64,000 bases of DNA from Scyliorhinus canicula (Eukaryota), in NCBI RefSeq assembly GCF_902713615.1, contig NC_052174.1, forward strand, positions 11,154,514-11,218,513, given 5' to 3'. The position numbers and the translations under genes were made by a program. Shown here piece after piece: positions 47,288-60,172 of the stretch. The number at the start of each line of letters is the position of its first letter. Position 1 is the stretch's first letter. The notes under the pieces are model-generated. The model was given only the letters and a program-made list of their open reading frames with translations. It did no database searches and was not told where the DNA came from.

Positions 47288-50200
47288 AATCTGCCTTGAT
47301 TCCTGTTCCGTTGTAGCTTTGCTTACTTGCGACTTGCTTCCAGCAATCGGAGTTTGAGCGAAATCTGTATTTCTACCCGTCAGATCGGGGGGCAATTTCT
47401 GCTTCGGTTTTTTTTCATCTGTGTCTCACACTCGGACACACCCAGCGCTAGTCCACACGGAGCAAGTTTTACAGCTGACTTTTTAATCCTATTCCATGGA
47501 ATCCCTCCATTGGGAAGGACGCCGTTTGGCCCATCGAGGCCAGAGTGACCCTCTGAAAGAGTAGCGCACTCCCCCATCTTATCCCCCTACCCCATCTAAC
47601 CTGCGCATCCCTGGACACTAAGGGGCAATTTATCATGTCCGATCCACCCTAACCTGCACATCTTTGGACTGTGGGAAGAAACCGGAGCACCCGGGGGAAA
47701 CCCACGCAGGCACGGGGAGGAACGTGCAGACTCCGCACAGACAGTGACCCGAGGCCGGAATCGAACCCGGGTCCCTGGCGCTGTGAGGCAGCAGTGCTAA
47801 CCCACCGTCCCGCCATGCCAGCTCTTCACTGCTCGCACTTCCTTCGCGGACCCCTTTCCTCGGCCATGGCACTGGACACCTGTGGGCCCACATGAACTGG
47901 GTCCCTCCCCTCTCCCTCACTCCAACGTGCCCTCTGGCCCCGAGGGGGGGGGGGGGTGTCCCGAAACACGGGGTTAAAACTGGAGGCACTCGTTCCTCAA
48001 TGCTGTTGTCCTCCCTTGGGTGGAGTTACTGGGTTCGGGGGATAGGGAGGGGGGGCAGGGGCCTTCGCAGGGAACTCTTTCAGAGGGTCGGTGCAGACTC
48101 GATGGGCCGAACGGCCTCTTTCTGCACCACAGGGGTTCAATGATTCTATATATGTAAAAATAAGCTAAATCAGTCGGAAACGCTTCCCCCCCCCCCCTTC
48201 CCTTCCGCCCCCGGCCCCCATTTCATACCAATCACGAGGGCAGCCTCCAGAGGTTCCTTTTGAGGAACCCTCGGCGTCAGGCGACACCAAGTTCAGAAAG
48301 CTTTTCGGTCGACCGATTGGGCCCCTAAAGCGAGGGGGGATAAAAAGGAGCCTATCGAAAGGAGAAGAGGAAGAGTCCACAGCATCCCCTGAAATTGTGA
48401 GAAACGGTGGTCAAGGTGGCTTGTGGGCTGCTTGCCTTTAATAGCCGAGGCCTGGTGCAGAGGATGCTGGGATTGCACACAACTCTGGTCCAGCCACTGT
48501 CAGCACTGGCCTCTCCATCAATCAAGAGATGTGTTCGCACCAGAGAGGTTTCAGAGGAGATTCATGAAGATGTTGCCTGCACTGGAGGGTTGGCGCAGAC
48601 TCGATGGGCCGAATGGCCTCCTTCTGCACTGATATGATTGGATAAACTGGGCTTATTTTCCTTGCAAGGCTGAGGGGCGAGCGAACGTGAAACGTACAAA
48701 ATGACGAAGGGTCTGAATAGAAAGAACAGGGAGTGAGTGGACCACATGCAAATGGGGTACAGAGTTAGAGTGGGAGCTGGGAGGTTCGAAGGGCCGCTGG
48801 CAGGGCGGCAGAGGCAGGAACCCTTATCTCATTTGGAAACTGGGCGGCACAGTGGTTAGCACTGCCCCCTCACAGCTCCAGGGTCCCAGGTTTGATTCCC
48901 CGCTGAGGAATCTGTGCGGAGTTTGCACGTTCTCCCCCGTGTCTGCGTGGGTTTCCTCCGGGTGCTCCGGTTTCCTCCCACAAGTCCAAAGATGTGCAGG
49001 TCAGGGTGGATTGGCCATATTATTATCCGCGATGTAATTTGCCTCACAAACATCCCGGTGTGACCAAATCGACAATGTATTTGAGAGTGCGCACCGTTAG
49101 AAATAGCTGCGTTTTGAGTATTTGAAATTGATGTACAAGTTTCCTGTCCCGCCGCAGGTTTTGATGTCCGATTCGGGCCTGCGGGAAGGAAAACCCCAGG
49201 ACCCGTCGCCGTGGGTTTCCACGATCGGCCGGCGTGGGGACCCAAGCAAGAACAGACTTAGAGGTGGTCAGTGCAGAAAAAAAGCAGTTTTATTCCATCA
49301 GAGGTAACAGCAGTCAGTGGCTGAGACACAGATTGAAATATCGAGCAGACATTGAAGGAGAGTTCAGTCTGAAGGGACATGCAAATAGGGCGGACGGTAA
49401 GATCGCCAGTTAGTGGCAATCAGGCCCAGGCATCGCCACCTGAGAGGATCTCGTCCCCCGTTCTCACCCCCCCAAAAGCGGGTCGCACTCCAATTGAGGA
49501 ACGTGAAGAGATCCAGGGTTTTTGGGTATTGGCACGAGAGGGGGGGGGGGGGGCCGAGGGAAAAGTGGGGGTCGTCACGATAGCCACGCGGGAAGAGAAG
49601 GGCGTCAGCACCGACCCTACCGGGGACAAAAGCACCGATTCGGGTATCGACGGGGCGGTTAGCGTCAACGTGAACATCGAGGTGACCAATGGACATCACC
49701 GGCAGCGACAGCACCCCAGGCATCACCGCCATCACGGGTAACCGTGGCACCATCACGGGGCATCAGCAACCATGGGGACGGGGCAGCAATGCATTGACGT
49801 GGTCTCCCAGAGTGGCCCGTCAACCGTGGCAACACTCGGGACGAGCGCAGTCTTGCACAGTGAGTCTAACACACGGGACAATGAGGGGTGAGACAGTCGG
49901 AGGGGGGAGGGGCCAATCCACAAGGAAAAGGCACCTGTCCGTCCATCGGGACTCTCGCCTGGGAGTGACAAACGTTATCTGTGCCCCCCACCCCGCGCCC
50001 ACCCCCATGGGCCCCGCTCAGGGATCGCGATTCCCGCCCGTGAGCGGTGTCCTTTCCGCCTGGCTGAGCAGGAGGTGGCTCCCTGTCCTCGTTGACATTC
50101 CCACCACCAAACACTCGACAGGACAAAACCAAACAGGACACTCCAGAGGGAAAAAGGGGGAAACAAGGGCTGGACCCGGCGTTTGTTGCCCGTCCCTTAA

Positions 50201-50514
50201 CGCCCCCTTGAGAAGGCGGCCATCTTGGGACACCCACTGTTTCACATCTATTTCGGGGCCTAGTTATGGGGTCGACATTCTGCACACACCACTTTTACAC
50301 GAGACACGCTTTAACAAAGGGACTACTTTGTCAGCACAGGTTCCGCATTCCATCTGAATCAGGGCTTTTTTGGGTTGCTATGGGCCTGACATCGACCGGG
50401 CAGGGTGACCGCGGGTCCTGTGCCATTTAGGGATTTGGGAGTTTGGGGTTCGAGGATGGTGGGTAGGATCAGGAGTCGGTGGTAATATATTTGTAATCAA
50501 TTATTCTTGGCTCG

Positions 50515-52770
50515 GGGTTAAGGTTAGTAGTTAGGGTGAGGGGCTAAGGTTCAGGGGTTAAGTTCAGGGGTTAGGTTCAGGGATCAGGTTCAGGGGTCAG
50601 GTTCAGGGGTTAAGTTCAGGGGTTAGGTTGAGGGGTCAGGTTCCGGGGTCAGATTCAGGGGTCAGGTTGAGGGGTCAGGTTGAGGGGTTAGGTTGAGGGG
50701 TTACGTTCAGGGGTCAGGTTCAGGGGTCAGGGGTTAGGTTCAGAGGTTAGATTCAGGGGTTAGGGTCAGGGGTTAGGTTCAGGGTTTAAACGATAGGGGT
50801 TTGTGGTTAGGGTCAGATGTTTGGGGTTAGAGTCAATGGGTTGAGTTGGAGGTAAATTGTTTGGACTATCTGTCAGGGATAAAAGTTAATGGTGAGGGTG
50901 AGGTATTCAGGGTTAGGTTAGAGATTAGATTTCATGGTTAGGTTGGGGTTGGGTTCAGTATTCTGGGGTAGGATTAAGGGTGAGGATTAAGTTTTAATGC
51001 TTGAAATTAATTGGAAGGGTTGGGGTTTGGGTTAAGTGGTTAGGGTTAGGGGTTAGGGTTAGTGGTTAGGGTTAGAGTGGGGTTAGGGTTAGGATTTAGA
51101 GTTAGGGTGAGGGTTAGGGTTAGGGTTTAGGGGTTAGGGTTAGGGTGGGGTTAGGGTTTAGGGTTATGGTTTAGGGGTTAGGGTTTGGGTTAGGGTTTAA
51201 GGGNNNNNNNNNNNNNNNNNNNNNNNNNNNNNNNNNNNNNNNNNNNNNNNNNNNNNNNNNNNNNNNNNNNNNNNNNNNNNNNNNNNNNNNNNNNNNNNNN
51301 NNNNNNNNNNNNNNNNNNNNNNNNNNNNNNNNNNNNNNNNNNNNNNNNNNNNNNNNNNNNNNNNNNNNNNNNNNNNNNNNNNNNNNNNNNNNNNNNGGGT
51401 TAGGGCAGGGTTAGGGTTAGAATTTAGGGGTTAGGGTTAGGGTCAGGGTGGGGTTAGGGTTAGGGTTTAGGGGTTATGGTTAGGGTTAGGGTGGGGTTAG
51501 GGTTCGGGTTATGGTTGAGGCGGGTTAGGGTCATGGTTGGGGTTAGGGTTTGGGTTAGGGTTAGGGTTCGGGTTGGTTAGGGTTAGGGTTTGGCTTTAGG
51601 GTTAGGGTTGGGGTTCCAGTTAAGGTTCAAAATTAGGGTTAGGGTTAGGTTTAGGATGGGTTAGTGTTAGGGTTAGGGTTAGTGGTTAGGGTTAGGGTTC
51701 GGGTTAGGGTTAGTGGTTAGTTTTAGGCGTTGGGTTTAGTGGTTAGTATTAGGGGTTAGGGTTAGTGGTTAGTTAGGGTTAGGCATAGCGTTAGGGTTAG
51801 TGATTAGTATTAGGGGATAGGTTAGGGTTAGGGCTACGGTAGGGGTTAGTTTTAGGGGTTGGTTAGGGTTGGGTTTAGTGGTTAGGGTTAGGGTTAGAGT
51901 TAGTATTAGGGGATAGGTTGGGGGTTAGAGCGAAGGGTTAGTGGTTTGTATTAGTGGTTGTGAGAGGTTAGGGTTCGGGTTGGTGGTTAGATTTAGGGGT
52001 TGGGTGAGGGTTGAGTTTAGTGGTTAGTATTAGGGGTTAGGGTTAGTGGTTAGTTAGGGTTAGGGTTAGAGTTTGTCTTGGGGGATAGGGTTAGGGTTAG
52101 GGTTAGGGTTAGAGCGAAGGGTTTGGGTTAGTATTAGGGTTAAGGTTAGGGTTAGGGTGTTAGGGTTAGGGTTAGTGGTTAGTATTAGGGGTTAGGGTGA
52201 GAGGTCAGTGGTTAGTATTAGGGGTTAGGTTGGGGGTTAGAGTGAGGGGTTGGGGTTAGGGTTAGGGGTTAGGGTTTGGGTTAGTATTAGGGCTTAAGGT
52301 GGGGATGAGGGTGAGGGGTTAATAGTTTAGTTAGGGTTAGGGGTTGCGTGAGGGGTTAGGGTTAGGGTTGGGTTAGGGTTGGGGTTAATGTGAGAGGTCA
52401 GTCGTTAGTATTAGGGTTAGGGTTAGGGTTAGTATTAGGGTTAGGGTTATGGTTAGGGGATATGGTGAGAGGTCAGTCGTTAGTATTAGGGTTAGGGTTA
52501 GGAGTTGCGTGAGGGGTTAGGGCTGGAGTTGGTAGTCAGGGTTAGGGTTAGGGTTAGGGTTAGGGCTAGGGTTAGGGTTCGGGTTCGGGTTAGGGCTAGG
52601 GTTAGGGTTCGGGGTTGCGTGAAGGGTTAGGGCTGGAGTTGGTAGTCAGGGTTAGGATTGTATGAGAGGTTAGGGCTAAATTTTTGTTGTTCGATTTAGG
52701 GGTCGGGGTAAGATTAGGGATTAATAATTAGGGTTAAGGGTCAAGGTTAAGGGTAAGGTTTGAGGTTAGA
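50515..52770 (+). repeat. Interstitial telomere-like array (TTAGGG and variants)
   Basis: Many perfect TTAGGG plus TTTAGGG, TTAGTGG, TTCGGG, TTCAGGG variants; internal gap 51204-51396. Confidence 0.93.
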
Positions 52771-53491
52771 GTCTATTATTCAGCGACCCATCCATTTCCC
52801 AAAACGCCAGACGGTCTAAAACCCCCCTTGCCAGAGCAACCCCCCAGGGCACGTTATTGACCTTGAGGTTCGGTACAGACCTGGGACAACGCGAGGAGAT
52901 CCCTACCTGTGACCGGGTCCGCTCAGCCAATTATTATTGGGAACCAATTTGTAGCCAATCTATCACTGGCTGGCCGAGTGTTAAACCTTTGGTAGGCCTG
53001 TGTTGCTGGGGAAACGACAGGTGGGGGACTTGGTGGGGGGTGGCGGGGGGAGGAGTGGAAGGTGGCGAGTGGGAGCGGTGTGGCGGATGGGCAGTGCGGG
53101 GGTTGGGGAACTGGACCCTCCTGTGCCCGTTATGCTGTGGGTTTGAGGTGCAGACCCCGCCCCCTCCTGCCCAAAAGCCCCCCGTTCGCCACGCGGCGGC
53201 CAACCGAGAGGTTTGACGTTGGTGAGTGAGGGCGCGAATCGGCGACGGTGGGTGTCTGTCCCGGGCTCTGGAATGGGCTCCCTGGGATGGTTAGGGGCGA
53301 AACTCTGGGAAAAGTAGCCTCCCCGGGGTCCCCGAATAGCGCCCCTTTGGCCGGAAGGTGAGCGGGAAGCACGCAAAACAAAGGAACAGGGAAAAACGAA
53401 CGCACGGAGCAGACAGGCGGGATAAATCGACCGAGACACACAGGTCACATGCAAAACAACTATTTTGTCGACTTGCTGGAACGTTCCAGTA

Positions 53492-53553
53492 TCAATTCTG
53501 ACAGGAGCAGGCACACATCTTTTGTTTCCGAGTTCTGAATATATGTACAAGAC
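53492..53553 (-). CDS. Candidate downstream/alternative exon of the B7-like gene (GLVHIFRTRKQKMCACSCQN* if phase 1)
   Basis: Good acceptor tttgcttattttcag|. Could equally be non-coding 3' UTR. Confidence 0.25.
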
Positions 53554-56500
53554 CTGAAAATAAGCAAAGACATCATTTGTCAATGATGTGCATTTATATA
53601 GCCACTTCAAGGTAATGCTTCACGAGGAGGTTATCAGAATCGGGGACTGAGCGACCTGGACAGATGACAAAGACTTGGGTTGAGAATCTGGGTCCGATGT
53701 GTCTGAATGGAGAGTATTCGTTGCCCATCCCTAGTTGCCCCTTCAGAAGGTGGTGGGTGAGCCCCCTCCTTGAGCCCGCTGCAGTCCCTGTGGTGTAGGT
53801 ACACCCCCTGTGCTGTTAGGGAGGGAGTTCCAGGATGTTGCCCCCAGTGACAGTGAAGGAACGGCCGATATATTTCCCAGTCGGGGTGGTGAGTGACTGG
53901 GAGGGGAACCTCCAGGTGGAGGGGTTCCCAGGTATCTGCTGCCCTTGTCCTTCTAGATGGTAGAGGCCGTGGGTTTGGAAGGTGCTGCCTAAGGAGCCTT
54001 GGTCAGTTGCTGCGGTGCATCTTGTAGACGGTACACACGGCTGCCACTGTGCGTCGGTGGGGGAGGGAGTGAATGTTTGTGGATGGGGGAGCCAATCAAG
54101 CGGGGCTGCTTTGTCCTGGATGGCGTTGAGCTTCTTGAGTGTTGTTGGAGCTGCGCTCATCCAGGCAAGTGGAGAGTATCCATCGCACTCCTGACTTGTG
54201 TCCTTGTAGATCGTGGACAGGCTTTGCGGGGGGGGGGGGGTCAGGAGGTGAGTTACTCTCCGCAGGATTCCCAGCCTCTGACCTGCTCGGGTAGTGGGTA
54301 GTCCAGCTCACTTTCTGGCCAATGATTACACCGCCCCCCCCCCCCTCCCCCAGCCCACGGGCGATGAAACCTGCCCATCGCAATCCTGAACACTCAACAC
54401 CCTGAAGCGAGTAGAGAACACGGTCTCAGCAGCGCCACCGCCAGTGGTGGACGATACTGGAACTGCAGGCAGTCCAAAAACTTGAGGAGCGCATCGAATC
54501 TGTGTGAACGGAAGACCAGGGTTTGGCTGGGGCCAGGCTGGTAGGAAGGTGCTGGGGGTGGAACAGTTTGGTGGGACAGGGTGCATAGGAGGTCACCTGC
54601 AGGCATGGAGGTGGGGCATTCTCAACCAGGCCCCACAAGGCCAAACTCAGCCAGCGTGAGTAAACCATACCTGGGACAGGTCGGTGACGACACATCTTTT
54701 ATCCCCAACTACCAGCCACTGCCGGCGAGGAATAGAATGCCCACCATTACCCCCGGTTTCATAGAATCCCTACAGTGCAGAAGAAGACCATTCGGCCCAT
54801 CGAGTCTGCACCGACCCTTGGAAAGAGCCTAGCCCCATAACCCAGTAACTCCACCTAACCTTTTTGGACACTAAGGGGCAATTTAACACGGTCGACCCAC
54901 CCTAACCCGCACATCTTTGGACTGTGGGAGGAAACCGGAGCACCCGGAGGAAACCCACGCAGACACGGGGAGAACGTGCAGACTCCGCACAGACAGTGAC
55001 CCAGCCGGGAATCGAACCTGGGACCCTGGCGCCGTGAGGCAGCAGTGCTAACCGCTGTGCCGTCGCGCCGCTCCGTCGATGCTGCTGGAAATGCTGAGGA
55101 CCTCGCTGACGGAAAGGGATGATCTGAAAAAAGGTTCTCTGGTTAAATCCCGCGATAGCGTGGGAGGCGGTGAAATGTCCTTTTCGAGCATTTGCTCCAC
55201 CTCCCTCATTGCCCTTGGACTGCCGAGTGAATTGCTCGGCCATTTCCGAGGGAGTTAAGAGTCAGAGAGTGGTGGAGGTCTACAGCTCTCCACTCCATTA
55301 GCACATGGCACCAGGGGGGGAAACATACCATCCGGGAGTCTCTTTTGCGGCCGCAGAGATGCCTGTCTGCTCCCCTCACAATTGAATCCCAAGCACCCGC
55401 TCCCAAATGTTTCATTTGTTCTTTTCTGGGATGTGGGCATCGCTGGCAAGCCCGGCATTTGTTGCCCATCCCTAATTGCCCGGGAAGGCAGTTAATCGCA
55501 TCGCTGAGGTGACGGCCAACCCCGGGCAAGGATTTACCCTCCCTGAAGGGTCATTAGTCAACCAGATGGGTTCTTAATGACAACATTCCCGGAGGATTTA
55601 CTGATTTGGTTTTCGAGGATTGCGCACTTGGAAATGATGCTGCCTCCCCCCTTTAATTATTTGTTTAATTGCGTTCAGGTTATGAGCCAGGGCTTGATGA
55701 TGTCATTAAACATACGAGGCAGCCATCTTGGTTTTGGCCCCCCTTCACAAGTTCCTCACGAAGAAAACAGATTTTAGCGGAGATGGCGAGGGTTAAAGTA
55801 GAAAAATATTCACATCGAAAGGCGGGAGGCACCTCGATGAACAAAATAATCCAGTTCCCAGTGACTTAGCCGCCAGGATGGCAAAGATTTTGGATGGATT
55901 GTGCGAGGCAGACTCTCTCCCTCAGTGCGCAGGACACCGCATGGGTCCTGTTGCCCATCAACCATCGGGCGTGGCTGGGGGCTGGTTCTTGGAATGGAAT
56001 TCCATGATGGTGGGGGGGGGGGGGGGGGAGGAGGGATGGGGGGGGCTGCACCTCACTTTCCCCCGCTTGAATTGACACATTGGGCGCGATACTCCGGCTC
56101 CCTCGCAGGCGAGAGGCGGCCCCTGGTGGTCGTTAGCGGGATCTCCCGGGAGTTGAGCGCCTGATCGAAAGGCGAGGCGTCGTTCCTCGAGTTTGAGTTG
56201 GCAAGGGAGCCGAGGGTCATGGGAAAGCAGAGTTGGGGCCTCAGTGCGATCAACCGCTGTGGTCCAGAACGGCAGGGCAGGAACGAGGGGCTGAATGGCC
56301 TCCTCCTATTCCTCCTTCAGTCGTTGTTCCGAGGTTTGAGGCCCCGGGTTGGGTCTGGGCTTGTGGGTGACCCAGTGAAACCTGGAGACTGACAAAAAAT
56401 GGCGGACGGCCATGTTCAGGCAGGCCTCGATCCGAAATGGGGTTATCGGGCAATGAGGCGGGCAGGCTTCAGGGGAGAAGGCACCGCGAGAGGGGGGCAC

Positions 56501-56611
56501 AGGAAACAGGGGGAGGGGGGGGGGCCAGCAGGGTCCAGAGGGTCGGAGGGAGTGGGTGAGGCGCCATTTTCTGCCTCATCACTGACCTGCTGCGAAGGTT
56601 TCCAGCTCCCA

Positions 56612-56685
56612 TCAGCTGAGGAGAGAGGCGAGGGCCAGGCCGGTGAGCAGGAGGACGCTGGGTACACACGAGGCCTCAGCGGCAC
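56612..56685 (-). CDS. Terminal coding exon with GPI-anchor-like signal (GAAEASCVPSVLLLTGLALASLLS*)
   Basis: Acceptor ttgctttgtttggggtttgacag| in phase 1. Small residues, short spacer, hydrophobic C-terminus, then stop with no cytoplasmic tail. Only repeats lie between it and the V exon. Confidence 0.7.
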
Positions 56686-56759
56686 CTGTCAAACCCCAAA
56701 CAAAGCAAAACCCGGTCAGACCTTCCTGTGTCAGCTTCGGCCTTCCGGCAGCCCCCAAA

Positions 56760-57535
56760 TCCCACCGCACACCCCCTTCCCACCTCCCCCGTGCCCACAC
56801 ACACATCCCCCCCAACCCCCCGTGCCCACACACACACATAACCCCCCAACCCCCCCGTGCCCACACACACACATCCCCCCCAACCCCCCGTGCCCACACA
56901 CACACATAACCCCCCCAACCCCCCGTGCCCACACACACACATAACCCCCAACCCCCCGTGCCCACACACACACATAACCCCCCATGCCCACACACACATA
57001 ACCCCCAACCCCCCGTGCCCACACACACATAACCCCCCGTGCCCACACACACACATAACCCCCCAACCCCCCGTGCCCACACACACATACCCCCCAACCC
57101 CCCGTGCCCACACACACACATCCCCCCCAACCCCCCATGCCCACACACACACATAACCCCCCAACCCCCCGTGCCCACACACACATAACCCCCCAACCCC
57201 CCGTGCCCACACACACATAATCTCCCAACCCCCCCGTGCCCACACACATACATAACCCCCCCCCACTGCCCACACACATACCCCTCCCACTGCCCACACA
57301 CATACCACTCCCACTGCCCACACATACACCCCTCCCACTGCCCACACACCCCCCCCACTGCCCACACCCCCCCACTGCCCACACCCCCCCACTGCCCACA
57401 CACCCCACTGCCCACACCCCCCCCACTGCCCACACCCCCCCACTGCCCACACACCCCACTGCCCACACCCCCCCCCCCCCCCACTGCCCACACCCCCCCC
57501 CCCCCCCCCCACTGCCCACACACACACATTTCCCC
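56760..57535 (+). repeat. C-rich tandem repeats in the intron between the V and GPI exons
   Basis: Units cccccaaccccccgtgcccacacacacacata and ccccccactgcccacac. Confidence 0.9.
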
Positions 57536-57945
57536 CACCACCATCTAATGACTCCCAAATGTGGGAGCGTGGAATTTTGGGAGGGTGGGGGGGGTGGGGG
57601 TTAAAGATGGGAAGGCAAAGAGGGAGGATCAGGGAGTGAGAGGGAACGGTAGAAGAGAAAGAGGAGTACCCAGGAGGGTGGGAGACGGTGGGGGGAGGGG
57701 GAGGCAGAGAGAGAGGGAGGGAGGTAGAGAGTGAGAGAGGGAGAGAGATTGATAGAAGAGTGACAGTGAAAGGATAAAGGCAGAGAGGGGAAAGAGAGAG
57801 GGGGAGGGGGGGAGAAAGAGGCGCAAAAAATAAATTGGAAAGAAAGGGAGAGAAAGTTAGAGTGATGCTTAATGTGAAGGCTGCCACAGTCGAGCGGCCG
57901 AGAAGAGTTCAGCCTGTCAGGTAGTGAAGGACGGACTTTCCTCAC

Positions 57946-58314
57946 CTGGGGTGACAGTCAACTTGATATCAGCACAGACGCCCGAAGATTTTGGTCTCTC
58001 GGTGGAGATCTGACACTGATAGAGGCCGGTGTCGTTTATCGAGATGTTCGACAAATTCAACGAGGCATCTCTCTTCTCGAACCAACTGGCTGCCAAGTCC
58101 GTCCGTCCGGCAAACTCCCTGTTCTGGTTCTTGTTCTCCTGGAACAGATCACGCGTGTGGACCACCAGGAGGGGGCCGCCCTCGGTTGATTTCTGCCAGG
58201 TCACTTGGCGAACCTCAGGGAGCCTCCCTGTCCAGTTAAAGCTACACAGCAACACGGCAGCACTGCCACTGGGAGCTGTCACTTCTTCCACCTGCCCGGT
58301 ACACTGCAGTAAGT
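57946..58314 (-). CDS. B7/butyrophilin-like V-set Ig exon
   Basis: Overlaps ORF 57917-58291 and extends 23 nt upstream in frame. LLCSF, VTWQK, EFAGRTDL, DASLNLSN, DTGLYQC. Acceptor ttccccag| and donor G|GTGAGG; 369 bp, phase 1-1. Confidence 0.9.
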
Positions 58315-58399
58315 CTGGGGAAAGTCACACTCCGAGTCACTGCCTGCTTACACTTACTCTGACACACTCACACTCTTACACAATCGCAGACCGGCACAC

Positions 58400-59885
58400 T
58401 TGCAGACTGGCACCATCAACGACTGGCACTCACAGACTGACACACTCACAGACTGGCACACTCACCAACTGACACACTCACAGACTGACACACTCACAGA
58501 CTGGCACACTCACCAACTGACACACTCACAGACTGACACACTCACAGACTGGCACACTCACCAACTGACACACTCACAGACTGGCACACTCACAGACTGG
58601 CACACTCACAGACTGGCACACTCACAGACTGACACACTCACCGACTGACACACTCACCGACTGACACACTCACAGACTGGCACACTCACAGACTGACACA
58701 CTCACTGACTGACACACTCACAGATTGGCACACTCACAGACTGACACACTCACAGACTGGCACACTCACAGACTGGCACACTCACAAGCTTACACACTCG
58801 CAGACTGATACACTCACAGGCTGACACACTCACAAGCTGGCACACTCATGGGGTGGCACAATTACAGACTGATGCACTCACAGACTGGCACACTCACAGA
58901 CTGGCACACTCACAGACTGGCACACTCACAGACTGGCACACTCACAAGCTTACACACTCGCAGACTGGCACACTCACAGGCTGACACACGCACAAGCTGG
59001 CACACTCACAGACTGGAACACTCACAGACTGACACACTCGCAGACTGGCACACTCACAGACTGGCACACTCACAGACTGACACACTCACAAGCTGGCACA
59101 CTCGTACACTGGCACACTCGCAGACTGACACACTCACAGGCTGACACACTCACAAGCTGGCACACTTGCAGACTGACACACTCGCAGACTGGCACACTCA
59201 CGGGGTGGCACATGCACAGACTGACACACTCGCAGACTGGCACACTCACAGGGTGGCACACTCATGGGGTGGCACACTTACAGACTGGCACACGCGCAGA
59301 CTGACGCACTCGCAGACTGGCACACTCACAGGGTGACACACTCACAGATTGGCACACTCACCAACTGACACACTCACCGACTGACACACTCACAGACTGG
59401 CACACTCACCAACTGACACACTCACCGACTGACACACTCACAGACTGGCACACTCGCAGACTGGCACACTTGCAGACTGACACACTCACAGACTGACACA
59501 CGCAGATTGGCACAGTCATAAACTGACACTCACCGATTGGCACACTCACAGAATGGCACACTCAGCCAAACTCACAGGCTGACACAGTCACAGACTGACA
59601 TACTCTGACACATTCACACTCTTACACACTCGCAGACTGACTCACCCGCAGACTGATACACTCGATGGCTGACGCAGTCACAGACTGGCACACTCGCAGA
59701 CTGGCACACTCACAGACTGACACACTCACAGACTGACACACTCACAGACTGACACACACGCAGACTGACACACTCACAGACTGACACACTCACTTACTGA
59801 CACACTCACAGTTTGGCACATTCAAAGACTGGCACACTCACCGACTGACACACTCACAGATTGGCACACTCACAGGCTGGCACAC
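58400..59885 (+). repeat. 16-bp minisatellite (cacactcacagactgg/a)
   Basis: Tandem copies immediately upstream (gene sense) of the B7-like V exon. Confidence 0.93.
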
Positions 59886-60172
59886 CCAGGCATAATCACA
59901 GATTGACACACGCATAGACTGAGACACACACACACATCCACTTTATACTCACAGGCCAGCACAAATACACTCACACTTGTACACTGACACGTACACTCAT
60001 ACGCACACCATCCTCTATACACTGACTTACACAAACACACACACTCACAGAAACTCACGCATTACACAAACATACACACTCTACACTGATACACACTCTC
60101 ACACCCACGTACACGGGCACACACACACTCCATATTCAGACCCAAAAATACGTACACATACACTCACACACA

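Noticed and set aside
50515-52770. Telomere-telomere fusion site
   Set aside because: No inverted CCCTAA block; all repeats have one polarity.
56399-57887. Long Pro/His/Thr or Gly/Val/Cys/Trp ORFs
   Set aside because: Tandem-repeat translations. Only the last 24 codons of ORF 56612-57544 follow a real splice acceptor.
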